From: an uncultured Acidobacteriota bacterium
GTDB taxonomy: Bacteria > Acidobacteriota > Thermoanaerobaculia > Multivoradales > UBA5704
Assembly: GCA_963700145.1 (NCBI GenBank)
Contig: OY969474.1
Coordinates: 544,001 to 608,000 of the forward strand
DNA: 64,000 bases
Direction: 5' to 3'
The translations under genes were made by a program, and so were the position numbers. Shown piece after piece: positions 9,806-19,416 of this stretch. The notes under the pieces are model-generated. The model had not been told where the DNA came from. It saw nothing but the letters and a program-made list of their open reading frames with translations, and made no database searches. Position 1 is the first letter of the stretch. The number at the start of each line of letters is the position of its first letter.

Positions 9806-11319
9806 CAAGACAGTTCCCGCACCCAACGACCCGCGCTCGCGCTGAACAGCTCCCGGGCGGCCTCGATGTCGGTGCTCATCACCCGGTCCTCTTCCAGGAA
9901 CGGGATACGCGCGCGCAGCTCGCGGAATACCTCTTCGGTGGCCGGCGAAAGCCGCAGTGGCTCGTTGAGATCGATGGCCTGGCAGGCGGTCATCAGCTCG
10001 ATGCTCATGACGTACTCGCAGTTGTCGAGGATCTGAGCCAGCTTGTGGGCGGAGGTCCCGCCCATGCTGACGTGGTCCTCCTGGAGCTGGCAGGTGGGAA
10101 TCGTGTCGACGCAGGCCGGCGTGGAGAGGACTTTGTTCTCGTTGACCAGCGCGGCCGACGTGTACTGGGAGATCATGAGCCCGGAGTTGATCCCTGGCCG
10201 CTTCACCAGGAAACTCGGTAGGCCGCGCTGTCCCGACAGGAGCTGATACGTCCGCCGCTCGGAAATGCTCGCCAGCTCGCTGATCGCCATGCAGGCAAAG
10301 TCGAGCACCAGCGCCGTCGACTCGCCGTGCAGGTTGCCGCCGAACAGAACCTCGTCCTGCTCGGGGAAGAACAGTGGGTTGTCGGAGACGCTGTTGCACT
10401 CCCGCTCGACCACCTCGCGGGCGAAGCCGACGGCTTGGCGTATGGCGCCGTGGATCTGGGGAATGCAGCGGAAGGAGTAGGGGTCCTGCATCGACTGGTT
10501 GCAGGTCGGCAGCTCGAAGTGGTTGCTTCCCGCCAGCAGCGAGCAGAGGTTGCCCGCCACCACCCGGCGCTCTTCGTGGAGAGAGGTGGTGTGGTAGAGC
10601 GGGTGATAGAAGGTGCGCGAGGCGCTGAACGCTTGGATGCTCAGTGCCGCCAGCAGGTCGGCGGCCTTGGACAGCAGCGCGCCGCGATCCAGGGCGTGGG
10701 CGGCCCAGCCGTTGATGTACTGCACGCCGTTGGTCAGGGCCAGACCCTCCTTGGGCCGCAGGCGCAAAGGCTCCCAACCCATGGCGGGCAGTACGTCACG
10801 GGCATCCTCGACGCGGCCTTGGAAGTGGACTCGCCCCAGTCCCAGCAGCGGCAACGCCATATGGGCCAGGGGCGCCAGATCGCCGCTGGCGCCGACGGTT
10901 CCCTTCTTCGGGATCGCCGGGATCACGCCGCGGTTCCAGTGCTCCAGCAGGCGCTCGACGGTCGGTCGCGAGATGCCGGTGTGACCGCTGCGGAAGGTGA
11001 GGAGCTTCACCAGCAGGACGAGGCGCGAGATCCTCTCGGGCACCAGCTCTCCGACCCCGCAGGCGTGGGACACCACGTGGTTGTACTGCAGCCGCTCCAT
11101 CTCCCCCGCCGGGACCCGGGTCTCGCAGAGCGAGCCGAAGCCGGTGTTGACGCCGTAGAGGTAACGGTCCTCCGCGGCCTTGGCGTCGACGAAGCGGGCA
11201 CCGCCGTCGATGCTGTCGGCGACCTCCGGGGAGAGCCGCAGCTCGGGCGGGTCCTCGGCGAGGCGGCAGAGCTCGTCGATCGAGTAGCGATGCAGATCGA
11301 TGAGATGAGTCGTGGCCAT
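9805..11319 (-). CDS. MIO-dependent aromatic amino acid lyase/aminomutase with histidine-type (HAL-like) signatures
   Basis: YGVNTGFG loop, GTVGASGDLAPL (ASG forms MIO), VVSHACGVG, QDPYSFRC, QEDHVSM. Start ATG 11319 (MATTHL). Confidence 0.9.
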   Translation of the reverse strand: MATTHLIDLHRYSIDELCRLAEDPPELRLSPEVADSIDGGARFVDAKAAEDRYLYGVNTGFGSLCETRVPAGEMERLQYNHVVSHACGVGELVPERISRLVLLVKLLTFRSGHTGISRPTVERLLEHWNRGVIPAIPKKGTVGASGDLAPLAHMALPLLGLGRVHFQGRVEDARDVLPAMGWEPLRLRPKEGLALTNGVQYINGWAAHALDRGALLSKAADLLAALSIQAFSASRTFYHPLYHTTSLHEERRVVAGNLCSLLAGSNHFELPTCNQSMQDPYSFRCIPQIHGAIRQAVGFAREVVERECNSVSDNPLFFPEQDEVLFGGNLHGESTALVLDFACMAISELASISERRTYQLLSGQRGLPSFLVKRPGINSGLMISQYTSAALVNENKVLSTPACVDTIPTCQLQEDHVSMGGTSAHKLAQILDNCEYVMSIELMTACQAIDLNEPLRLSPATEEVFRELRARIPFLEEDRVMSTDIEAARELFSASAGRWVRELS

Positions 11320-11335
11320 GAGCCCTGAGCTCCGT

Positions 11336-13594
11336 CTACGGCGCACCTTCGCCGCTCGTCACGGGCGCGTCGGCGTTCTCCGCTCGCTGTCCTTCGAGGA
11401 ACGCCTTGACCTCCTCCGCCGACAGTCTGGCGACCAGCTCGGCCAGCCGCTCGACGCGGCCGGCGTCGGCGACCGGTTTGCCCGTCGCCGCGAGGTGCCG
11501 GGCGAGCCGGGCCGGGCTCGGATGCTCGAAGAGACGGTGGGCATTGATCGAGACGTGCAGCCTCTGGCCCAGACGCGAGACGATCTGAGTCGCGAGCAAG
11601 GAGTCCCCGCTCAGCTCGACGAAGTCGTCGTGAACCCCGACCGGCGTGAAGCCGAAAACCTCCTGCCAGGCGGCGACGATCTGCGTCTCCATCTCGTTCC
11701 GAGGTGCCGTGTAGGGAGTCGACAGGGACGGGCGCGGGCGCGCTCCGGGCGCCGCGACGTTCGCCGCCACCGCGGTGGCATCCGGAGCGGAGCGCGCCGC
11801 GGGCGGGGACTGCACCTCGTAGCGCTGGCGCTGGAAAGGATAGGTGGGAAGCGGTATGCGCCGGCGGCGCCGGCCGGCATGGCGGCGCGCGAAATCGACG
11901 TCGGCTCCCGCGACCCAGAGATAGCCGAGGCTGGCGAGGTCCTCCGACGCCTCGGTGTCCGCGGGCAGCGTCGCGACGGCGACCGTGGCCTGGCCGAGGT
12001 CCTGCGCCAGGGCGGGCAGGTGCCGCGCTCTGACTTCGCCGTTCAGCATGCGAGCGGCGTCGTCGAGGACTGCGCCGAGGCCGGCGGTGTCGCGGTATAC
12101 CGCGGCGCGCCGGCGGCCGAAAGCCCGGCGCCCCGTCTGCAGCGTGTACGCGAGGTCCGACGGATCGACCTCCGGGTGAAGCTCCAGATGGCGCCGTAGA
12201 CGTCGCGTCATCTCTTCGAGGGCCGCGTCGTCGCGGGCCGACAGGACCAGGAGGTGCCATGAGTCCACGGCCGTCGCGGCCTGCTGCGCGGGAGCTTCTT
12301 CGAGGACGACGTGGGCGTTGGTGCCGCCGACGCCGAACGAGCTGACGCCGGCGCGGCGGGGAGAGGCGACGGCCGGCCATGCGGAAAGTCTCGCGTTGAC
12401 GAAGAACGGGCTGTCCTCGAGCGAGATGTCCGGGTGGAGGGACTCGAAGTGGAGGACGGGCGGCAGCTCGCGATGCTCGAGAGCGAGCGTGGCCTTGATG
12501 AGGCTGGCGATGCCCGCAGCCTCGTCCAGGTGTCCCACGTTGGGTTTGCTCGAGCTGAGGGCGCAGAACCCTCGCGCCGCGGTGGAAAGGCGGAACGCGC
12601 GGGTCAGGGCGGCGACCTCCATCGCGTCCCCGAGCGGTGTGCCGACGCCGTGCGCCTCGACGTAACCGATCGTCTCCGCGGGGATCCCGGCGGCGCCGAG
12701 CGCCAGGGTGACGACCTCCGCCTGGCCTTCGACGCACGGGGTGGTGAACCCCGGCTTGCCCGCCCCGTCGTTGTTCACGGCCGAGCCGCGGATGACGGCG
12801 CGTATCGGGTCGCCGTCGGCGACGGCGTCGGAGAGGCGCTTGAGGAGGACCAGCCCGGCCCCGTTGCCGTGGACGGTGCCCACCGCCCGCCGGTCGAAGG
12901 GGCGGCAGCGGCCGTCCGGCGAGAGGGAGAGACCCTCGCGGTAGAGATAGCCCCGCGGCTGCGGGAAGAAGATGGAGACACCTCCGGCCAAGGCCATGTC
13001 GCAGTGGTAGTCGAGCAGGCTCTGACACGCGAGGTGAACGGCGACCAGAGAGGTGGAGCAGGCGGACTGGAGGGCGATGCTGGGCCCCCGCAGGTCGAGC
13101 TTGTAGGAGAGGCGCGCCGTCAGGCTGCCGCCGTCCACCAGGGCCAGCGGTCCTTCCAGGAGCTCCAGCTTCTGCTCGAGCGACATCCGGCTCTCCAGGT
13201 AGGTACTCGGGCCTGCGCCGGCGAACACGCCGATGGCGCCCGCGTAAGCGGCGGGGTCGTAGCCGGCGCTCTCGAGCGCTTCCCAGGCGCACTCCAGGAT
13301 CAAGCGGTGCTGGGGATCGAGCATCTCCGCTTGGCGGGGCGGGATGCCGAAGAAGGGGGCGTCGAACAGAAGGGGGTCCTCGAGCACTCCTCCGGCTTTG
13401 ACGTAGTCGCTCCGCGCGAGCAGCTCGCGGCGGACGCCGGCCGCCGCCAGCTCGGAGTCGCTGAAGAAGCTGATGGACTCCACGCCGTCGCGCAGATTCC
13501 GCCAGAACGTCTCGGGGTCCGACGCTCCGGGGAAGCGGCAAGCCATGCCGATGATGGCCACGCCCTCCAGCGCCGCTTCCGAAGCGCTGTTCAT
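11336..13594 (-). CDS. Type I PKS module KS-ACP lacking an AT domain
   Basis: VAIIGMACRFPG, QSACSTSL (Cys), EAHGVGT and NVGHL (His, His), SSFGVGGTNAH, LPTYPFQRQRY linker, LSGDSLLA carrier. No GHSxG AT motif; only 752 aa. Confidence 0.9.
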   Translation of the reverse strand: MNSASEAALEGVAIIGMACRFPGASDPETFWRNLRDGVESISFFSDSELAAAGVRRELLARSDYVKAGGVLEDPLLFDAPFFGIPPRQAEMLDPQHRLILECAWEALESAGYDPAAYAGAIGVFAGAGPSTYLESRMSLEQKLELLEGPLALVDGGSLTARLSYKLDLRGPSIALQSACSTSLVAVHLACQSLLDYHCDMALAGGVSIFFPQPRGYLYREGLSLSPDGRCRPFDRRAVGTVHGNGAGLVLLKRLSDAVADGDPIRAVIRGSAVNNDGAGKPGFTTPCVEGQAEVVTLALGAAGIPAETIGYVEAHGVGTPLGDAMEVAALTRAFRLSTAARGFCALSSSKPNVGHLDEAAGIASLIKATLALEHRELPPVLHFESLHPDISLEDSPFFVNARLSAWPAVASPRRAGVSSFGVGGTNAHVVLEEAPAQQAATAVDSWHLLVLSARDDAALEEMTRRLRRHLELHPEVDPSDLAYTLQTGRRAFGRRRAAVYRDTAGLGAVLDDAARMLNGEVRARHLPALAQDLGQATVAVATLPADTEASEDLASLGYLWVAGADVDFARRHAGRRRRRIPLPTYPFQRQRYEVQSPPAARSAPDATAVAANVAAPGARPRPSLSTPYTAPRNEMETQIVAAWQEVFGFTPVGVHDDFVELSGDSLLATQIVSRLGQRLHVSINAHRLFEHPSPARLARHLAATGKPVADAGRVERLAELVARLSAEEVKAFLEGQRAENADAPVTSGEGAP

Positions 13595-16500
13595 GCAGGG
13601 CTCCGGGAGAGTTGCGGCGGGCGCCGGCGGAGCCTTGCCTCGCGCTGCCTGGCGGCCCTCGCCAGCGCCGCCGGGAGCTGCGAGCCGGCGAGTGCCCCCG
13701 GCGCCGGCGAAGCCTCCAGATAGGCGGCGAGGGACTCGATCGTCGGTTGCTCCAGCAGCTCCAGCATCGACAGCTTGCGGCCGAGCCTCGCGGCGATGTG
13801 GGACCGCACCCGGGCCAGGAGCAGAGAGTGACCGCCGAGGTCGAAGAAGCTCTCCGCCGTGCTCACCTCCGGCAGCTCCAGCACCTCCATCCAGATGCCG
13901 GCCAGCGCCGTCTCGACGGCGCCCTGCGGCGGCGAGGGGGGGCGCGCGTAGAGCGGGCGTGCACTCGCAACCGGTAGCGCGCGGCGGTCGACCTTGCCGT
14001 TAGGAGTCAGCGGCAAGGCGTCGAGCGGCACGAACAGCGCCGGCAGCATGTAGTGCGGCAACCGCTGCCGGAGGAAGTCCCGTAGCTCGTCGGTGGCCGG
14101 AGGCTCATCACCCTTCTCGGCGACCAGGTAGGCGATCAGGCGCCGACCGCCGCCCGCGTCGTCGGCGGTGACGACCGCGGCCTGGACGACAGCCGGATGC
14201 GCGACCAGGGCGGACTCGATCTCGCCGAGCTCGATGCGGAAGCCGCGGACCTTGACCTGGCGGTCCGTGCGGCCCAAGAACTCCAGCCTGCCGTTGGGCC
14301 GGTAGCGGGCTCGGTCACCGGTGCGATAGAGGCGCGCTCCGGGTTCGCCGCCGAGCGGGTGCGGGACGAACGCCGCCGCCGTCAGATCGCCACGCCCGAG
14401 ATAGCCTCGCGCCAGCCCCTGACCGCCGATGTAGAGCTCGCCCGGCACTCCCAGCGGCGCGAGCGCGAGCCCGTCGTCGAGAACGAGGAGGGAGGTGTTG
14501 GCGACGGGCCCCGCCACCGGCACCGGACCCGCGCCGCGCTCCACGCGGTGGGCCGCCGACCAGATCGTGGTTTCGGTGGGCCCGTAGAGGTTCCAGAGGC
14601 TCTCGCCGCGGCTCGCCAGCGCCTCGGCGAGCTCGCGCGGAAGCGCCTCACCGCCGCACAGCAGCCGCAGGCCTGGCCGGCCCGACCAGCCGGCCTCGAG
14701 GAGCAGGCGCCAGGTGGCGGGCGTACCCTGCAGGACCGTGGCGCCGCTCTCCTCGAGGAGAGCGGCGAGACGGCCGCCGTCGCCGGCTTCGTCGGCGCGG
14801 GCCAGCACCACGCGTGCCCCGACGCTCAGCGGGAGAAAGAGCTCCAGGCCGGCGATGTCGAAGCTCGGCGTCGTCACCGCCAGCAGGACGTCGCCAGGCG
14901 TGAGCCCCGGCCGCTCGGCCATCGAGCCGAGGAAGCTCACCACGGCGCGGTGCACGATCTCGACCCCCTTGGGCGTTCCCGTGGAGGCCGAGGTGTAGAT
15001 CACGTAGGCCCGGTGGTCGGCTCCCGCCCCACCGTCATGGTGGGAGTCGCTCCAGGCCGCCACGGCCGCGGCATCGGAGTCCAGGCAGACCCGGCGGTGT
15101 GCTCCGGGGAGGCCCGCGAGGCGGCTCTCGGTGATCAGGACGGCGTTGCGGGAGTCCACGAGCATGTGCTCGACGCGGTGCCGCGGATACCCGGGATCGA
15201 TGGGGACGTAGGCGCCTCCCGCCTTGAGCACGCCGAGCAGCGCCACGAGCAGCTCGAGGGAGCGCTCAAGGCAGACGCCGACGAGGACGTCCGGCCCGAC
15301 GCCGAGAGACCGTAGATGGCGTGCCAGCCGGTTGGCCCGGCGGTCCAGCTCACCGAAGGTGAGGCACGCGTCGGCACAGGCCGCGGCCACGGCGTCGGGG
15401 CGGCGGCGAGCCTGGTCCTCGAAGAGCTGATGCAGGCAGTCGGGCCGCGGTCCGACCACCGCGGTGTCGCTCCACTCCGTCAGGAGCTGGTGCTGCTCGG
15501 CCTGGCTCAGGAGCGCGAGCTCCTGGATGCTCACCTCCGGCTGGGCGATGGCGCTCTCCAGAAGGCGTTGGTACTGAGCCGCCAGGCGGGCGACGGTCGG
15601 CGGCGCAAAGAGATCGGTGCTGTACTCCCACTCGAGGAGGGTCTGCTCGTCCTCGGCCCGTGGGACACGGCCGATGCGCTGCTCCGAGCGCGGTGTCACG
15701 ATGACGTTGAGGTCGAACTTGGCCGAGCCGTTGTGCGGATATTCGATGCGTCCGCTCAGCTCCCCGAAGTCCAGGTCCGGCATCGGAGCGTCGTGGAAGC
15801 TGAACATCACCTGGAAGATCGGGTTGAAGCTCGCGTGACGCTCCGGCCGCAGCTCCTGGACCAGACGATCGAAGGGAAGGTCCTGGTGGGCGAAGGCCTC
15901 CAAGGTGACCTGGTGGACACGGGCCAGCACCTCACGGAACGAGGGGGTGCCCGACAGATCGACGCGCAAGGCCAGGTTGTTGATGATCATGCCGAGGATG
16001 CGCTCGGTCTCACGCCGCCGCCGTCCGGCGACCACCGTACCCACCACCAGGTCGGCGCTGCCGTTGTAGCGGTGGAGGAGGGCGTCGAACGCCGCCAGGA
16101 GCACCATGAACGGAGTGGCGCCGCAGCGGCGGCCGAGCTCGCGGGCCGACGTGAAGAGACCGGGTCGCATCGGTTCCTTGTGGACGGCGCCGCGGAAGCT
16201 CTGCGCCGCGGGCCGCGGGGCGTCGGAGGGGAGCTCGGTCACTCCCGGGATGCCTGCCAGCTTCCGTTTCCAGTACTCGAGCTGCAGGGCGGCGGCTGCG
16301 CTCTGGAGCCACTCCCGCTGCCAGACGGCGTAGTCGGCGAACTGCAACGGCAGCTCCGGCAGCGGAGAGGCGGAGCCGGAGGAGATGGCGCGATACAGCT
16401 CTTCGATCTCACCGAGCAGCAGAGCCATCGACCAGCCGTCGTGGAGAAAATGGTGCTCGACCTGGACCAGCAGGTGCTCGCGCGGGCCGAGGCGCAGCAG

Positions 16501-18822
16501 GCTCCAGCGCACGAGCGGCAGGCGCGTCACGTCGAAGCCGGAGCGGCAGTCCGCGCGGAGCAATCTCGTTTCCTCGGTCGCGCGCGCGGGCCCGGGCAGG
16601 CCCGCCAGGTCGACCACCGGCAGGCGCGGGAGCCACGGCGAGTGAAGGCGCTGGAAAGGCTGGCCGTCTTCGCTCGGGAACGAGGTGGCGAGGATCTCGT
16701 GCCGCGCCACGACCTCGGCCAGCGCCACGCGCAGCGCCGCCACGTTCAAGCCACCCGAGAGGCGCACCGTCACGTAGGCGTTGTAGGCGACGTTCGCGGG
16801 GGAGACCTGCTCGAGGAACCAGACGCGCTCCTGTGCGGACGACAGCGGCAGCCGGCCGGTGCGGGGAACGCGCCGCAGCGGCTGACCGTCCGCATGCTCC
16901 GGGGACTCCGGTGCCTGCGCTACGCGGGCGGCGAGCTCGGCCACCGTGGAGTTGCCCAGCAGGATCTCGGCGGGCAGCGCGACCGACAGGCGCTCCCGAA
17001 TCCGGCTCGCCACCTGGGCGGCCATCAGGGAGTGACCGCCCAGCTCCAGGAACCCGTCGTGGACGCCGACCGGACCGCAGCCGAGGAGGTCCTCCCAGAT
17101 CCCTGCCACCAGACTCTCCACCGGGGTCTCCGGCGCCAGGTAGGGGCGGCCGAGGTCACCTCGGGTCCGCGTTGGAGCGGGCAGCGCGCTGCGGTCGATC
17201 TTGCCTGCCGGCGTCAGGGGCAGCTCGTCGAGGAAGCGGAAGGACGCGGGCACCATGTAGGGCGGCAGCTCTCCGGCGACGAAAGCGCGCAGGTCGGCGA
17301 GGTCCGGCCGGCGCTCGCGCGCCACCAGATAGGCCACCAGGCGGAGCGAGCCCGGCACGTCCTCCCACCCGACCACCACCGACGCGGCCACGTTCGGGTG
17401 CCGTAGGAGGACCGACTCCACCTCCGCCGGCTCGATCCGGAAGCCGCGGATCTTGAGCTGGCGATCGGCGCGCCCGAGGAACTCGAGGTTGCCGTCGGGG
17501 AGGCGCCGTGCGAGGTCACCGCTGCGGAACAGCCGCGCCCCGGGGACGGTAGCGCGAGGATCGGGCACGAAGCTGGCGGCGGTGAGGTCGGGGCGGCGCA
17601 GGTAGCCCCGAGCGACACCGGCGCCGCCGAGGTAGAGCTCGCCCGTCGCGCCGTCAGGAAGCGGGTGCAGGTCGGCGTCCAGCACGTGCGCCGCGACGTT
17701 GGCGATCGGTCTGCCGATCGGGACGGATCGGCGGAGGCCTTCCGGTTCGCTCCCCTCCTCCTCCTCCCACACCGTGGCGGTGACCGTGCCCTCGGTGAGA
17801 CCGTAGGCGTTGAGCCAGCGGACGCGGTGCCCCACCGTGCGGCGCCAGAGCTCGAGCTGCTGCGGCAGCACGCGCTCGCTCCCCACGACGACCAGGCGCA
17901 GGCTCTCGGGCCAGGGCAGGGCGGTGCGCCCGATTTCCGAGGCCCAGCCGTGCCAGTACGGGGCAGGCAGGTTGAGGACGGTGAGCGCCTGCGCGCGGGC
18001 AAGCTCCACCATCGCCGCCACGGAAGTCGCCGCCGCGGCGGAGCGCAGTACGACGGCGCTGCCGCTCAGCCAGGAGGGGAAAATCTCTTCCACGGAGACG
18101 TCGAAGCCGATGGCGGCGAACTGAAGGACCCGATCGGCCGGAGAGAGGCAGTATCGGGTAGCGATGGCGTAGCTCAGGTTGAGGAGAGCCCGGTGGGGCA
18201 CCGCGACGCCTTTGGGCACGCCGGTGGAACCGGACGTGAAGATGACGTAGGCGAGGTTCGATGGGCCGGCACCCCCACTGGGCAAGCTGTCCGGACGTCC
18301 CGCGATCGCCTCCCGGTCCCAGTCGACGCGGACCAGAGGCGGCCCGCCCGTGCCGCCGGCCCACGTCGAGGCCGTGACGACCGCCGCCGGCTTCGCCTCG
18401 TCCAGGATCGCCGCGAGGCGTCGCGGCGGCATGGCAGGGTCCAGCGGCAGGTATGCCGCGCCCGCCGCGAGGATGCCGAGGATCGCGACGAAGAGCTGCG
18501 GCGAGGGAGGGAGGCAAACTCCGACCAAGGTCTCGGGGCCCACGCCGAGTGTTTGCAGATGGTGGGCCAGACGATTGGCGCGGCACACCAGCTCCGCATA
18601 GCTCAGGTGATGGTCGTCGCAGACCAGCGCGACGGCGTCGCCCGCCTCGGCCGCTAGAGCGGCGATGAGCTCGTGCACGCACCGGTCCGCAGGGACAGGG
18701 GTTGCCGGACCGTTCGAGAGGTTGGCCTGGTAATGGCCGGCACGCCGGGAAGCGGTCCGATGCTCGCCGCTGGGAAGTTGGGAGCTACCTTCCTCGAGCG
18801 TTCGCGAGCCATCTTGTTCCAC
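13591..18822 (-). CDS. Initiating NRPS A-T-C-A-T (A1 basic-residue-like, A2 Gly-like); start uncertain
   Basis: A1 FTSGSTGVPKG/FDVSVEE, T LGGHSLMA, C EHHFLHDGWS, A2 FDIAGLEL...YGPTETTIWS, T LGGHSLLL. In-frame GTG at 18822 follows a G-rich RBS-like tract; the ORF track extends to 18981. Confidence 0.9.
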   Translation of the reverse strand: MEQDGSRTLEEGSSQLPSGEHRTASRRAGHYQANLSNGPATPVPADRCVHELIAALAAEAGDAVALVCDDHHLSYAELVCRANRLAHHLQTLGVGPETLVGVCLPPSPQLFVAILGILAAGAAYLPLDPAMPPRRLAAILDEAKPAAVVTASTWAGGTGGPPLVRVDWDREAIAGRPDSLPSGGAGPSNLAYVIFTSGSTGVPKGVAVPHRALLNLSYAIATRYCLSPADRVLQFAAIGFDVSVEEIFPSWLSGSAVVLRSAAAATSVAAMVELARAQALTVLNLPAPYWHGWASEIGRTALPWPESLRLVVVGSERVLPQQLELWRRTVGHRVRWLNAYGLTEGTVTATVWEEEEGSEPEGLRRSVPIGRPIANVAAHVLDADLHPLPDGATGELYLGGAGVARGYLRRPDLTAASFVPDPRATVPGARLFRSGDLARRLPDGNLEFLGRADRQLKIRGFRIEPAEVESVLLRHPNVAASVVVGWEDVPGSLRLVAYLVARERRPDLADLRAFVAGELPPYMVPASFRFLDELPLTPAGKIDRSALPAPTRTRGDLGRPYLAPETPVESLVAGIWEDLLGCGPVGVHDGFLELGGHSLMAAQVASRIRERLSVALPAEILLGNSTVAELAARVAQAPESPEHADGQPLRRVPRTGRLPLSSAQERVWFLEQVSPANVAYNAYVTVRLSGGLNVAALRVALAEVVARHEILATSFPSEDGQPFQRLHSPWLPRLPVVDLAGLPGPARATEETRLLRADCRSGFDVTRLPLVRWSLLRLGPREHLLVQVEHHFLHDGWSMALLLGEIEELYRAISSGSASPLPELPLQFADYAVWQREWLQSAAAALQLEYWKRKLAGIPGVTELPSDAPRPAAQSFRGAVHKEPMRPGLFTSARELGRRCGATPFMVLLAAFDALLHRYNGSADLVVGTVVAGRRRRETERILGMIINNLALRVDLSGTPSFREVLARVHQVTLEAFAHQDLPFDRLVQELRPERHASFNPIFQVMFSFHDAPMPDLDFGELSGRIEYPHNGSAKFDLNVIVTPRSEQRIGRVPRAEDEQTLLEWEYSTDLFAPPTVARLAAQYQRLLESAIAQPEVSIQELALLSQAEQHQLLTEWSDTAVVGPRPDCLHQLFEDQARRRPDAVAAACADACLTFGELDRRANRLARHLRSLGVGPDVLVGVCLERSLELLVALLGVLKAGGAYVPIDPGYPRHRVEHMLVDSRNAVLITESRLAGLPGAHRRVCLDSDAAAVAAWSDSHHDGGAGADHRAYVIYTSASTGTPKGVEIVHRAVVSFLGSMAERPGLTPGDVLLAVTTPSFDIAGLELFLPLSVGARVVLARADEAGDGGRLAALLEESGATVLQGTPATWRLLLEAGWSGRPGLRLLCGGEALPRELAEALASRGESLWNLYGPTETTIWSAAHRVERGAGPVPVAGPVANTSLLVLDDGLALAPLGVPGELYIGGQGLARGYLGRGDLTAAAFVPHPLGGEPGARLYRTGDRARYRPNGRLEFLGRTDRQVKVRGFRIELGEIESALVAHPAVVQAAVVTADDAGGGRRLIAYLVAEKGDEPPATDELRDFLRQRLPHYMLPALFVPLDALPLTPNGKVDRRALPVASARPLYARPPSPPQGAVETALAGIWMEVLELPEVSTAESFFDLGGHSLLLARVRSHIAARLGRKLSMLELLEQPTIESLAAYLEASPAPGALAGSQLPAALARAARQREARLRRRPPQLSRSPA

Positions 18823-19028
18823 GCAAAAACCCCCTGGACGGAGCTTATCAACATCCTGCGATATTCGGAACGTTGGAGGAACGCAGCAACGCAGCACCTC
18901 ACTTGAGGGTAGGTGCGCCCCAGGATATTCTCGATAGCTGGGTGAAGAATCAGCGAGACCGGGTGGAGCAGATGCGGTCACCGGAGCCGATCGCCGACAT
19001 CGAACGAGCCGTCAAGGAGTGAGGAGCC

Positions 19029-19376
19029 GTGAACGAACTGGTACAGAGGTTGACGCAGGAGCAGTCCATCGTCGCGAGCCTTCGGCCGGAGCCCTCGTTA
19101 GATGCTCTCAAGGCCGCGCTGGACCGCGGCTATATACACGTCAAGTTCATCGAGACGCGTGGCGGCACCGAGCTTGGGATCCGTCTCGACCGGGAGAGCA
19201 GCGACCTTTCGGGGGCGAACTTCGAACAGGGCATCGGGAGCGTACGGATCGTCGGCAGTTTGGTCCTCGACTACGTGCCGGTCCGGTTCCGCGGGCATCT
19301 CGACCTGGAGAGCCTGAAGGGAACGGGCAGGCTCGAGCCCGAGGGGGAAGGCGATGAGAGCGGAGGCCGATCGTGA
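19029..19376 (+). CDS. NRPS-cluster accessory protein of the family often annotated 'MbtH domain protein' (not a canonical MbtH)
   Basis: GTG after GAGGAG. MNELVQRL...RGYIHVKFIETRGGTELGIRLD resembles, from recall, a small family found beside or fused to MbtH in NRPS clusters. Confidence 0.65.
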   Translation: MNELVQRLTQEQSIVASLRPEPSLDALKAALDRGYIHVKFIETRGGTELGIRLDRESSDLSGANFEQGIGSVRIVGSLVLDYVPVRFRGHLDLESLKGTGRLEPEGEGDESGGRS

Positions 19377-19416
19377 GCGATCGGAAGATCATCGAGGCCG
19401 TCGGGCCTGACGCCCC

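Noticed and set aside
9806-10777. N-terminal 324 aa of the 3362-aa ORF
   Set aside because: Alternative frame overlapping the MIO gene; the NRPS most plausibly starts at ATG 9805.
9805-11319. Catabolic hutH of a hut operon
   Set aside because: No other hut genes nearby and it is coupled to NRPS/PKS genes; symbol withheld.
18702-19022. Canonical MbtH or other real CDS
   Set aside because: No MbtH NxExQxSxWP motif, atypical composition, and it overlaps the NRPS 5' region.
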